A stretch of DNA of 64,000 bases, taken from sequence record MW057919.1; one strand, 5' to 3'. Below are positions 45,707-54,164 of this stretch, piece after piece. A program made the position numbers and the translations under genes. The notes below the pieces were generated by a model. It was not told where the DNA came from and did no database searches. It saw only the letters and a list, made by a program, of their open reading frames with translations. How positions within the stretch are numbered: the first letter of the stretch is position 1; each line of letters starts with the position of its first letter.

Positions 45707-46195
45707 ATGGCTGAATTTATTATAGGTAAAGATATATTCAATGTACCTGGTGATCTTTATCTAATCACTGTTAATGTTGTTGGCGTCATGGGCGCTGGTT
45801 TAGCCAAATCGTTTAAAGAAAAGTATCCTGAACTTTTTGAAAGATACAAACACGATTGCAAAAAGAGAATTATTACTATTGGTAATCCGGTTATTTACAA
45901 AGCATCCGATGGTAAACGTTTCATGATGTTTCCTACTAAGGATAACTGGCGGAACCCATCTCAAATTAGTTTCATTGAACGTGGTCTAGAGTGGATGATG
46001 GAGAACGTATCGGATTCTGCGGAAAATGAAGAAGACTGTATTCATCCAGATTGGAAAATTATCATACCACCTCTAGGGTGTGCTAATGGTGGATTAGATT
46101 TCTCTGATGTTAGAACTATCATTGAAGATTGGTCTAATCACATGCCTAACCAGATTGTGGTTGTTTATCCACCGTGGATAGATTCATCGGTTTAA
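45707..46195 (+). CDS. DarG/TARG1-type macrodomain ADP-ribosyl hydrolase (gp104 position)
   Basis: TVNVVGVMGAGLAKSFKEKYP, MFPTKDNWRNPS, IPPLGCANGGLDF are the DarG-class macrodomain signatures; AAGGAG RBS. Confidence 0.88.
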   Translation: MAEFIIGKDIFNVPGDLYLITVNVVGVMGAGLAKSFKEKYPELFERYKHDCKKRIITIGNPVIYKASDGKRFMMFPTKDNWRNPSQISFIERGLEWMMENVSDSAENEEDCIHPDWKIIIPPLGCANGGLDFSDVRTIIEDWSNHMPNQIVVVYPPWIDSSV

Positions 46196-46243
46196 CATTG
46201 GCCTTCCCTCAGGGGAAGGCTTTATGTCGTATATTCAAACCAT

Positions 46244-46260
46244 TTTAAACAGTATATTAC
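46244..46260 (+). promoter_or_regulatory. phiKZ-type early promoter (TTTAA-ACAG-TATATTAC)
   Basis: Exact consensus, downstream of hairpin 46201-46220. Confidence 0.8.
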
Positions 46261-46318
46261 ATTTGTGACAATACTGTAAACATTATCATACAACTTAATG
46301 TAAATAGGTGGAAATAAA

Positions 46319-46765
46319 ATGGCAAAGACTAAAAAGCAGAAAGTGCAAGAGGCGATTACTCGTAAATTGATCAAGTTCTATAGTGATACATTTCCGGAGT
46401 TGATGAAAGCTATTGAAAACTGTGATAGCAGTGGCGAAGAGCATAACCTCCACAATGTATTTGATAATTATAAGAAAACCATTAAAATGGCAGAAGAAGC
46501 CAAGGTTGACCTTAGTCTTTATGGAGTAAATTTAATTGACAAGGATACATACACGAGTCTTTTGTGGTTTATCGAAGGTTGCTATGTATGGGACATGATT
46601 AAAAAACTTAACAAAGCAAAATATGACAATGTTCCTGAACTGGCCAGAATTACACAATGGGATGAACTGGATGACGCAAAGAAACTTCAATTCAATAAAA
46701 GTCGAGATTACATCATCAAACGACTGAAAGAAGTAACGACTTGTGAACATTTCAGAAACTATTAA
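46319..46765 (+). CDS. Early hypothetical protein
   Basis: 148 aa; AGGTGG RBS. Confidence 0.8.
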   Translation: MAKTKKQKVQEAITRKLIKFYSDTFPELMKAIENCDSSGEEHNLHNVFDNYKKTIKMAEEAKVDLSLYGVNLIDKDTYTSLLWFIEGCYVWDMIKKLNKAKYDNVPELARITQWDELDDAKKLQFNKSRDYIIKRLKEVTTCEHFRNY

Positions 46766-46799
46766 ATAGTTTTAATATTAGTAAATAGGAATATTTATT

Positions 46800-47138
46800 A
46801 TGAAATTCAATACGATTGCAAAAGGTGTATCTTTTCTTCTGGCCACTGCATCACTGGCTGGAACTGGGTATGTTATCTACAAGAAGGCTAAAGAGACTAA
46901 AGCCAACTTTGACAAACTCATGGGTTTCAGGGATCAGTTTAAAAGTATTTCAAAAGAGTATGGTGAATCAGATGAGTTCATGATGTTCGTCAATGCTGCA
47001 ATGACTGAGACAATGGATAGTGCTGTTGCTGAGAGCAATATTGAAAAACATCGACTGGATGTAATTCGTAATAAGCTGTCGATCATTTATGGCGATGACT
47101 ATACGAATCAAGTATTCGATACAGTTCGTAAGATGTAA
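46800..47138 (+). CDS. Early signal-anchor protein
   Basis: 112 aa; N-terminal hydrophobic segment followed by a basic patch. Confidence 0.8.
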   Translation: MKFNTIAKGVSFLLATASLAGTGYVIYKKAKETKANFDKLMGFRDQFKSISKEYGESDEFMMFVNAAMTETMDSAVAESNIEKHRLDVIRNKLSIIYGDDYTNQVFDTVRKM

Positions 47139-47246
47139 AAATGGATAGGGCCTCACTGAGGCCCCATTCAAATATAATTACGATAATAAAATTATATTTG
47201 AATGAGTTTGTTAAACCTTCAATTAATCGTAAAAAGGAAAATACAA

Positions 47247-47408
47247 ATGAATATTGATAAAGTTAAACTTCAAAAACTTATCGCGGATGTGCCCGAGGCA
47301 CCTAAACATAAGAAGATTAAAAACGTCATCACCAAATATGCGGAGATAGCACTAGGAGTATATGTTGGTATTATAATAGCTAAACGTGTTCTAAATATCA
47401 AGTTTTAA
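47247..47408 (+). CDS. Early small protein with C-terminal hydrophobic segment
   Basis: 53 aa from ATG 47247 (AAGGA RBS); starts MNIDKV. Confidence 0.7.
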   Translation: MNIDKVKLQKLIADVPEAPKHKKIKNVITKYAEIALGVYVGIIIAKRVLNIKF

Positions 47409-47453
47409 TATAATCAAAATAAATCTACATTCATTAACTAATAGGATATTATC

Positions 47454-47771
47454 ATGCTTTCCATTATCGGTAATGTTGTAAAAACTGGTCTCATGCTGGC
47501 TGGTACCATCTATGTGTTCGAAGTCAGTGTGACTGTTTATAATGAGATTAAATTAGAAAAGAATATCCGTGAAAAAGTAAAGGACTATTCCGATTATATC
47601 AAATCTAATTCAGATAATACCACCGTGGAAGTAATGACGGACTTTATTGAAGTAGAGCTTATATACGTTATTAATGATGGATTGGATATGTTTAACACCA
47701 TCAGTGATAAACATCGAATTAAATCAAAAATCCGTAACTGGATTAAGGATGCAATTAACAATGAACTCTAA
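47454..47771 (+). CDS. Early signal-anchor protein
   Basis: 105 aa; N-terminal hydrophobic segment, AGGA RBS. Confidence 0.8.
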   Translation: MLSIIGNVVKTGLMLAGTIYVFEVSVTVYNEIKLEKNIREKVKDYSDYIKSNSDNTTVEVMTDFIEVELIYVINDGLDMFNTISDKHRIKSKIRNWIKDAINNEL

Positions 47772-48201
47772 GCTATCTCTTACATTAGGGATGGTAAGTG
47801 GAGCCGTACTCGGTAAGCTTGCTTGGGATTCTAGAGAAAAACTCTATGAATTCTATTATGGACGAATTATTATCCATAAACTGAAAGCTTATCAAAAGAC
47901 CATGGATGTCGATAAACTACCGTTCCATCCAGCAACAGCAATGGCCCATTATCTTAAGGCTAGCATTAATGCATCCAAGGAGACACTTGTGTCACTGGAT
48001 CTTCTTGAGAGCATTAATGAAGTAGGGCTTAAATATATTGAATCAGTGCGATGCCGTTATGATACTGCATGGCAAATGAGTCTGCACAGGAGGCTTGTCA
48101 AACGGCAGAAAGAGATTGAAGAAGAGAATCGTCGTATCGAAGAAGAAGAACGACGTAATCGGAAACAACTTGATCTGTTCGATGATGTGTCAGATGTGTA
48201 A
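47761..48201 (+). CDS. Early signal-anchor protein with charged coiled-coil tail
   Basis: 146 aa from ATG 47761 (AAGGA RBS); MNSKLSLTLGMVSGAVLGKLAW. Confidence 0.75.
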   Translation: MNSKLSLTLGMVSGAVLGKLAWDSREKLYEFYYGRIIIHKLKAYQKTMDVDKLPFHPATAMAHYLKASINASKETLVSLDLLESINEVGLKYIESVRCRYDTAWQMSLHRRLVKRQKEIEEENRRIEEEERRNRKQLDLFDDVSDV

Positions 48202-48288
48202 CTGATAATGGGAGTCTTCGGACTCCCTTTTATTTTCTACATCGTATTATTTTTTAATCACTTCAATAAACGTAAATAGGTATACAAA

Positions 48289-48645
48289 ATGAATATTGAT
48301 AAAGTATCACTCTGTCTTGGTATTTTTGTTGGTTCAGTTACAATGTGTGTAGTTGGTAAAATCTATCATAAAACTGTTATTGATGTAAAAATCAATAAGT
48401 TGCGTAATGCTGCTTCAGTGTCTAATGAAATTCTTACAATGCTTTCTAAGCGTGCCTCTGTTATTCGCGCTGAGGTTATGCCAACCGCAGAAGACTTTAT
48501 CGATTGTGAAGGTAAAGTACACAACAAACTCACTGAAGAGTTACAGGACATCGTCGCTGGTTTTAAAGTAGCGCCTGAACACGGGGCTAGTGTTAATACA
48601 CGTATTAATGATTGGTTCCTACAAACGTTCCCAACTGTTTACTAA
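48289..48645 (+). CDS. Early signal-anchor protein
   Basis: 118 aa; MNIDKVSLCLGIFVGSVTMCVVGKIY. Confidence 0.8.
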   Translation: MNIDKVSLCLGIFVGSVTMCVVGKIYHKTVIDVKINKLRNAASVSNEILTMLSKRASVIRAEVMPTAEDFIDCEGKVHNKLTEELQDIVAGFKVAPEHGASVNTRINDWFLQTFPTVY

Positions 48646-48655
48646 TAGGTGATAT

Positions 48656-49078
48656 ATGTCAAAAGTAGTATTTCCTAATGGTCTACTAATAGCGCTCATG
48701 CAAAACTTCGATCACACTCTCGAATGTTTTGATCATGATGTTAGTGTTTTTAAAAAGGCACTCAGTGACCTAGATAATAAAATTAAAGGTGGTATTAAGT
48801 CACTTGATAATGATTACCCTAATGCTAAAATTGCATTAGAACGCATTCTTGAAGAACTTTTTAAAAGAGGATTACATATCCCTGGGCCTTCTGGAAAAGC
48901 ATTTGTCATTGAAAAAGTTCACATTGTAGATAGCACAGGTGTGGCTAAGGCATACCGTGTCAGTTACAATGATGAAAAAGCTATGCCTGAATATGTATCA
49001 GCCGATAATGTATGGGGTGCACTAATTTCATATCAAAAACGTAGTCGTAGTGCAAATCCATTCAAACCAACTGCGTGA
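48656..49078 (+). CDS. Hypothetical protein
   Basis: 140 aa; AGGTGA RBS. Confidence 0.8.
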   Translation: MSKVVFPNGLLIALMQNFDHTLECFDHDVSVFKKALSDLDNKIKGGIKSLDNDYPNAKIALERILEELFKRGLHIPGPSGKAFVIEKVHIVDSTGVAKAYRVSYNDEKAMPEYVSADNVWGALISYQKRSRSANPFKPTA

Positions 49079-49149
49079 AAAGGATCTGATGGTTAAAGCC
49101 ATAATCCATTATCGTATTACATAATACCTGCAAAAGAAGGAATAAGTCA

Positions 49150-49401
49150 ATGAGCGAATCTAAAGAAGTTATCAACATGGTGGAATGTTTTATCAGTGAA
49201 TCTTACATGGAGCCAGGTGTTGACCACAATCGTCGGATTTTGATGCGTGAATACGGGATCAACCCTAACAGCGGTATACCACTTCGGGGGAACTGGGTTC
49301 TGCGTAACATGCTCACTGGGGAATTTATCGACAATGATAAATACCTCAACGATATTGTTGAACGTAATTCCATCCAATTCGAACGCAATACCTTCGTCTA
49401 G
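49150..49401 (+). CDS. Hypothetical protein, REYGINP family copy 1
   Basis: 83 aa; AAGGA RBS; paralog at 50395. Confidence 0.8.
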   Translation: MSESKEVINMVECFISESYMEPGVDHNRRILMREYGINPNSGIPLRGNWVLRNMLTGEFIDNDKYLNDIVERNSIQFERNTFV

Positions 49402-49436
49402 CTATAATTAATCCAAATCTGAAAATAGGTCAAACC

Positions 49437-49820
49437 ATGAACGAACACATTCAAAAGAAAATCAACCAGGGTACTGGCAGACTGGCTATGTGCAACTTCG
49501 ACAAAATGAACTATGTTCAGGGTCGTGAGTACTATGCCATCTCAGATAGTGGTTTACTTGAACAAATCGTTGCTCTATGCGCAGTTCAGTGGCCTCAGGA
49601 AATGGCCAACTACCTGCATGATGAAAGCGCTCTGTTCTGGGCTCTTTTCGACCGTGGTATCGTAGCTGATGGTAAACCTCGCGCCGACCGTAAAGACTTC
49701 ATCTACGAACGCCTTGGTTTCATCCACAAGAAGAAGTTCAAAAAATACGGCTTGTCTATTCTACAGCGTGCGCGCACCCGCTCGATGGCTAGTTTTGAGA
49801 AAGCTCAAGAGACTTGCTGA
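49437..49820 (+). CDS. Hypothetical protein
   Basis: 127 aa; AGGT RBS. Confidence 0.8.
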   Translation: MNEHIQKKINQGTGRLAMCNFDKMNYVQGREYYAISDSGLLEQIVALCAVQWPQEMANYLHDESALFWALFDRGIVADGKPRADRKDFIYERLGFIHKKKFKKYGLSILQRARTRSMASFEKAQETC

Positions 49821-49855
49821 GCTATGCTGCAACACCAATACGAGGATCGTTAATT

Positions 49856-50353
49856 ATGAACCGCATGATTCCTGCAAATGAGCGTGACAGTGAACTCAGT
49901 CTCTATGGCTATTTGACCTCTGTTGTAACTGGTGGGGTTGCTTGGGATTATAACCCTATCGTTCTGCTGGAGAAGATGTGTAATCGTGATGATGAGGCCA
50001 TCTGCATGGGTGAACCCAATTACGATCAATTACGTTTGATCGGTGCAAGGGGTATGTTCGAACAGATCTCTGAAAACATCCTGTCTCGCAATGAACAAAT
50101 CATGGATGGTGTTCGTGATTTCTTCAAAGATGGTCTCCAGTTGAAAACCAATGTAGATGACATGTTGGTGAGACTGAATTATCAAACTGTGCATAACGGG
50201 ACTGATATGGATGAGGTGATCATGGTAAACTTGTTCAAAAAAATTGATGGTGATTATGTGGTTGCTCATAAGTGCACATATGACCCTCAAGATTGGAAAC
50301 ATGCGTTATATTACTTCACCAATGCCTCCATGATCAGTCAAAAACAAAAATAA
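49856..50353 (+). CDS. Hypothetical protein
   Basis: 165 aa from ATG 49856 (GAGG RBS). Confidence 0.75.
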   Translation: MNRMIPANERDSELSLYGYLTSVVTGGVAWDYNPIVLLEKMCNRDDEAICMGEPNYDQLRLIGARGMFEQISENILSRNEQIMDGVRDFFKDGLQLKTNVDDMLVRLNYQTVHNGTDMDEVIMVNLFKKIDGDYVVAHKCTYDPQDWKHALYYFTNASMISQKQK

Positions 50354-50394
50354 ATATCATGCATATCCCTTCAGGTAATTTTAGAGAGGTTATT

Positions 50395-50670
50395 ATGAGC
50401 AATAAAGATGTATCAATGATCCCAGTTTATGAAAATCACTTTGTCACTACTGGTGCTACTCCACGACATGAAGCAATTGTGGTATGTCGTGAATATGGTA
50501 TTAATCCATTAGATGATGCACCATTTCGGGGTTCATGGGTGATGCGCTACCGAGAGACTGGCAAATTCATTGATTGTTCCAGGGATATTGATGATTTAGC
50601 TAAGAAATATAATCTGACCATTCATAAACCAACCATTGAATTATACACCAGCACGTATATTGGTCAATAG
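50395..50670 (+). CDS. Hypothetical protein, REYGINP family copy 2
   Basis: 91 aa from ATG 50395 (GAGGT RBS). Confidence 0.8.
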   Translation: MSNKDVSMIPVYENHFVTTGATPRHEAIVVCREYGINPLDDAPFRGSWVMRYRETGKFIDCSRDIDDLAKKYNLTIHKPTIELYTSTYIGQ

Positions 50671-50717
50671 AAAAAAAAACCACCCTATATAAGGGTGGTT
50701 TATAAAAGAGGTGAAAT

Positions 50718-50981
50718 ATGCATAAACTTAATCCTGGTTGTTATCCATTAACTATAAATCCTAATGGTAAGTTTCTGAATAAAGACGATTTACGGAATCT
50801 TCCCAATGGGATTTATGTAACTTCTCCGTTACATGGTCCTAGGGTATATAGCCATGATCGACGCGTTATGGTTGATGGTGATTATTGTTATCTAATCACT
50901 GCACCGAACATAAAATTCAAGGTAAGTGATTTCTTTAAATATAATGTAGTTTATTATCCGAGCATTTACCTCAAGAGGTAA
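50718..50981 (+). CDS. Hypothetical protein, NLP-G/HGP/DR family copy 1
   Basis: 87 aa; GAGGTG RBS; paralog at 51337. Confidence 0.75.
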   Translation: MHKLNPGCYPLTINPNGKFLNKDDLRNLPNGIYVTSPLHGPRVYSHDRRVMVDGDYCYLITAPNIKFKVSDFFKYNVVYYPSIYLKR

Positions 50982-50988
50982 TAAATAA

Positions 50989-51273
50989 ATGGCAAACGAA
51001 TGCACTCCCGGTGTCTGGGATACACTAGTTGACTCGACAAAAGAAACTGAAAACCTACGTATCCGTTCCCAACTCATGCGGGCTCTCACCCGTACTATAA
51101 AGGGCTGGGATCTTCCGCAAAAAGACGCTGCTGCTCGCCTACATGTTACGCAACCGAGATTGAATGATCTTCTCAAAGGCAAGATTGACAAGTTCTCTCT
51201 GGACGCCCTGGTAAACCTACTGGACGCGGCTGATCTGACTCTTGAGATATCAGTGATCCCACGTGCAGTATAA
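50989..51273 (+). CDS. XRE-family helix-turn-helix protein, HigA-antitoxin-like
   Basis: LPQKDAAARLHVTQPRLNDLLKGKIDKFSLDALVNLL matches the 'Q..AA..LGVTQPRVS.L..GKI..FSLD.LV' signature; GAGGT RBS. Confidence 0.88.
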   Translation: MANECTPGVWDTLVDSTKETENLRIRSQLMRALTRTIKGWDLPQKDAAARLHVTQPRLNDLLKGKIDKFSLDALVNLLDAADLTLEISVIPRAV

Positions 51274-51336
51274 ACCATGGGGACGCAGCTTGATACGGCC
51301 ACCGGGTGGTTTCATGACAGCAAGGAAATAAAGAAA

Positions 51337-51564
51337 ATGACAACTGATAAAAAGTTTAGTATTAAAGAACTCGGATGGGAAAAAGCCACTAATCTACCCG
51401 ATGGTGAATACTACACTATTCCTAAACATGGACCACAAAACTGGCGGTATGATCGCAAGATTATCAAAACCAAGAACAGTGTAAAACTGGTAAATGAACC
51501 AGATTATAGCTGGTCAGCCCCATTCTTTTTCGAGGCAAATAACTTGTTAATCGAAGAACCATGA
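51337..51564 (+). CDS. Hypothetical protein, NLP-G/HGP/DR family copy 2
   Basis: 75 aa from ATG 51337 (AAGGA RBS). Confidence 0.75.
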   Translation: MTTDKKFSIKELGWEKATNLPDGEYYTIPKHGPQNWRYDRKIIKTKNSVKLVNEPDYSWSAPFFFEANNLLIEEP

Positions 51565-51722
51565 CTATGAAACGATCACCAGGTTATTTTAAAAGAGTAG
51601 TAAAAGAACTAACTGAGCGAGAGAACATTATACATCAGAAAGTTCTTAAATACATCAATGATAATCCGAATATTTCTTATAAAGAAGCACGTCAGATAGT
51701 AACTAAGGAGATTATAAAGTGA
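51561..51722 (+). CDS. 53-aa basic hypothetical protein
   Basis: ATGA overlap upstream and GTGA overlap downstream; MTMKRSPGYFKRVVKEL...; not in the ORF track. Confidence 0.65.
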   Translation: MTMKRSPGYFKRVVKELTERENIIHQKVLKYINDNPNISYKEARQIVTKEIIK

Positions 51723-51931
51723 CTATTTCAATTCCTGCATCAGTTCGTGGTGAGTTTGGAATTTATTACAAAAATAATAAGAATCTTCGACTGGGTCAGG
51801 CATGGCATAATTACATGCGTCTTGAAAATATCCAAAATGAAATGGATAAAGAATGGGCTGATAAACTCTGGAATGCTTCTGATAAAGAAGCAGCTGATAT
51901 GGTTGATGAAGCCACTAATTGGACTATGTAA
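51719..51931 (+). CDS. Hypothetical protein
   Basis: 70 aa; GTG start with AAGGAG RBS; LRLGQAW.NY motif. Confidence 0.75.
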   Translation: MTISIPASVRGEFGIYYKNNKNLRLGQAWHNYMRLENIQNEMDKEWADKLWNASDKEAADMVDEATNWTM

Positions 51932-51970
51932 CTAAACAATATTTACTATAGTAAATAAGGAGAAATACAA

Positions 51971-52114
51971 ATGACTAATGAAGAAATTATCGTAGATGAA
52001 AGTAAATGGGCCGATGACAGCGAGATGGTTGGCTGTAAACCAGTTGATCTGTTTATTGATTTTTACTGGGTAGAGCCCACTCATCATACTCAAGAAGGAA
52101 AAGAGGATAATTAA
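51971..52114 (+). CDS. 47-aa acidic hypothetical protein
   Basis: AAGGAG RBS; MTNEEIIVDESKWADDSEMVGCKPVDLFIDFYWVEPTHHTQEGKEDN; not in the ORF track. Confidence 0.65.
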   Translation: MTNEEIIVDESKWADDSEMVGCKPVDLFIDFYWVEPTHHTQEGKEDN

Positions 52115-52115
52115 C

Positions 52116-52391
52116 ATGGGTGAATATACACAGAATGGTATTCGTCATTTTCGTCCGGATGATACCGAAGATACCTTTTATATCTTGGGTGATTGTTATG
52201 TAGCCAATACTATCGCCGATATTATCGAGATGGCAACTAAGAAATGGGGTGATGGTATTACTCTTGATATGATTAATATCAGTACTGAATATATTCATAC
52301 AAGTTGTCTAGGGTATGATGAGTACGACCCCAGCGATTACAGTAATTATTTATGCATCTCTCGTGTTAGGGAAACATCGCTGGTTAAATAA
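52116..52391 (+). CDS. Hypothetical protein
   Basis: 91 aa; GAGG RBS; followed by UUCG hairpin 52405-52426. Confidence 0.8.
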   Translation: MGEYTQNGIRHFRPDDTEDTFYILGDCYVANTIADIIEMATKKWGDGITLDMINISTEYIHTSCLGYDEYDPSDYSNYLCISRVRETSLVK

Positions 52392-52556
52392 ATTAACGAC
52401 ATAAGCCCTCTCCTTCGGGAGAGGGCATTTATTCAGTTAAACTTTTAAGAATAAAAGAATTAGCCCTACTGCTGTAACAGTAGGGCTATATGCCGTTGAG
52501 TAAAAAATACTCAACATTTTCGCCCAAGTGGGCTTGGATTAACAAGAGGAACAATC

Positions 52557-52862
52557 ATGTTAATTCCAGTTACCGCTAACAATGTTAGCCCTGACCTGCA
52601 CAGAATGCAGGAAGTAGGTTTCTTTTTCAAGAGACCCGATGGATCAACCCATAGCATGTCGGTTGCGAAAACGCAAGCCGATAATGTTATCCAATGTCGA
52701 GATCGTAGAGGTAACTTCATTGGTTATTGGGCTGGCCCTACAATAGGATACGTCAACAACGCAGGTTTAGCCGTATCCATCAACCCCTTCGACAATTTCA
52801 TAGTAACATACACTGACATGGATCAGAAGAAGTTCTATGTAACCGAAAGGAGAAGCCTATGA
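52557..52862 (+). CDS. Hypothetical protein in its own hairpin-bounded unit
   Basis: 101 aa; GAGGA RBS; hairpins at 52461-52488 and 52871-52890. Confidence 0.8.
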   Translation: MLIPVTANNVSPDLHRMQEVGFFFKRPDGSTHSMSVAKTQADNVIQCRDRRGNFIGYWAGPTIGYVNNAGLAVSINPFDNFIVTYTDMDQKKFYVTERRSL

Positions 52863-53400
52863 TAAACAACCCCTCTCCTAAAGGAGAGGGACTTATCTGA
52901 ATTCTTTTTTTGTTTAAGTGAGAGCCGCCCGCTAAAGCGGCTCCCAAGTGGAGTTAAGTCTCCCGCTAAAGAGAAACTCCAGAATACATGGGGTAGCGAC
53001 TCCTCATGTAGATATCCTAATTAATCTCTTTAGCTAGTAATCAATACCCGTTATCACTCGTTGATAATTGATTTGTTTATTAACTAATTTGACTTAATCA
53101 GAATGATCAATACATATTGTTAATAATCTAGTATATTATTACCAGTATCATTGAGTAATACTGGTAATCAAATATTACTCATGAATCTTACCTAATGTGG
53201 AACTGAGGAATCGGATCGCCCCATAGGGGCTTTTATTTCATAATAAACTATACCGAAGGTATATCCTTATTCTAATAATAAATAATATTAGCATTATTCT
53301 AATAGCGTTAGCTAAAACATACTGTCTCCCTAAAAGGAGACACAGTATAGATTATATTTTTTTAATTAAAAATAATAAGTCTAGAGATAGACTTTCTTTA
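52863..53400. other. Hairpin-dense, AT-rich non-coding region (candidate ncRNA or replication origin)
   Basis: At least ten inverted repeats, two with the same CCGCTAAA loop, and a TTATTCTAATA direct repeat; no credible ORF. Confidence 0.55.
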
Positions 53401-53503
53401 TGCCTTTAATACCTTCTAATTTGCTCTATAATCGATTTTATTCATTATTCACTAGCATATTAGCCATACGACATAAAAGCCCTCCTAAGAGGGCTAAAAT
53501 GCT

Positions 53504-53740
53504 TTATTTTTCATTAGTTGGATATAGGAGTACAATAGACTCTGCGCATACTTTAATAACTTGGATATTTTCACTGTCATTATTTTTTGATTGTTTATTT
53601 TTAACGCAGTATTCAAATTGTTGGGATTTGAGTTTATATACGTTATTGTTCTCTTCTCCCAGTATTCCTCCAAATACCAATCCTAGGATAAATATTAATA
53701 AACCACCAATAAAGATAATATAAACATTACCATAGTACAT
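53504..53740 (-). CDS. Small membrane protein
   Basis: 78 aa; N-terminal TM segment; terminator hairpin 53478-53495 downstream. Confidence 0.75.
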   Translation of the reverse strand: MYYGNVYIIFIGGLLIFILGLVFGGILGEENNNVYKLKSQQFEYCVKNKQSKNNDSENIQVIKVCAESIVLLYPTNEK

Positions 53741-53741
53741 A

Positions 53742-54110
53742 TTACATTAACTCCTTTACATCATCTGGAATAGATTCACACCGATCTAAATCCCAGTAGA
53801 TGTGTGTATAGTGATCTTGGTTTACGATACTGATAAAATCCCCATTAGGATCGGGTAATGGTTTACGGATAATATCAACGTAAATAGTGTAATATAAATA
53901 AAGATCACTGATGAGTTCATCAATGTTTAAATTATTACCCTCTGCATATTTCCCATATTTAAAATAATGGGCTTCTTCTGCTACAGCATAACGGATTTTA
54001 TCGTAATTTTGTGATGCGGCATATACACGTGCAAATAGAGGGCGATTAAACTTTCTACATTCACTAATATTTTTTCTTAAAGTATTTACTAAATTATCAA
54101 TTGCACTCAT
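53742..54110 (-). CDS. Hypothetical protein
   Basis: 122 aa; closely spaced with its neighbours. Confidence 0.8.
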   Translation of the reverse strand: MSAIDNLVNTLRKNISECRKFNRPLFARVYAASQNYDKIRYAVAEEAHYFKYGKYAEGNNLNIDELISDLYLYYTIYVDIIRKPLPDPNGDFISIVNQDHYTHIYWDLDRCESIPDDVKELM

Positions 54111-54164
54111 TTAGATTACCTATTAAAATTATAGTGCTCTCCCCGAAGGGAGAGCTTTATGTTG

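Noticed and set aside
50892-51302. 136-aa minus-strand ORF (possible toxin partner for the HTH)
   Set aside because: Antisense shadow of the HTH gene with no RelE/HigB features.
53400-53723. 107-aa plus-strand ORF
   Set aside because: Antisense to a credible membrane-protein gene and spans its terminator hairpin.
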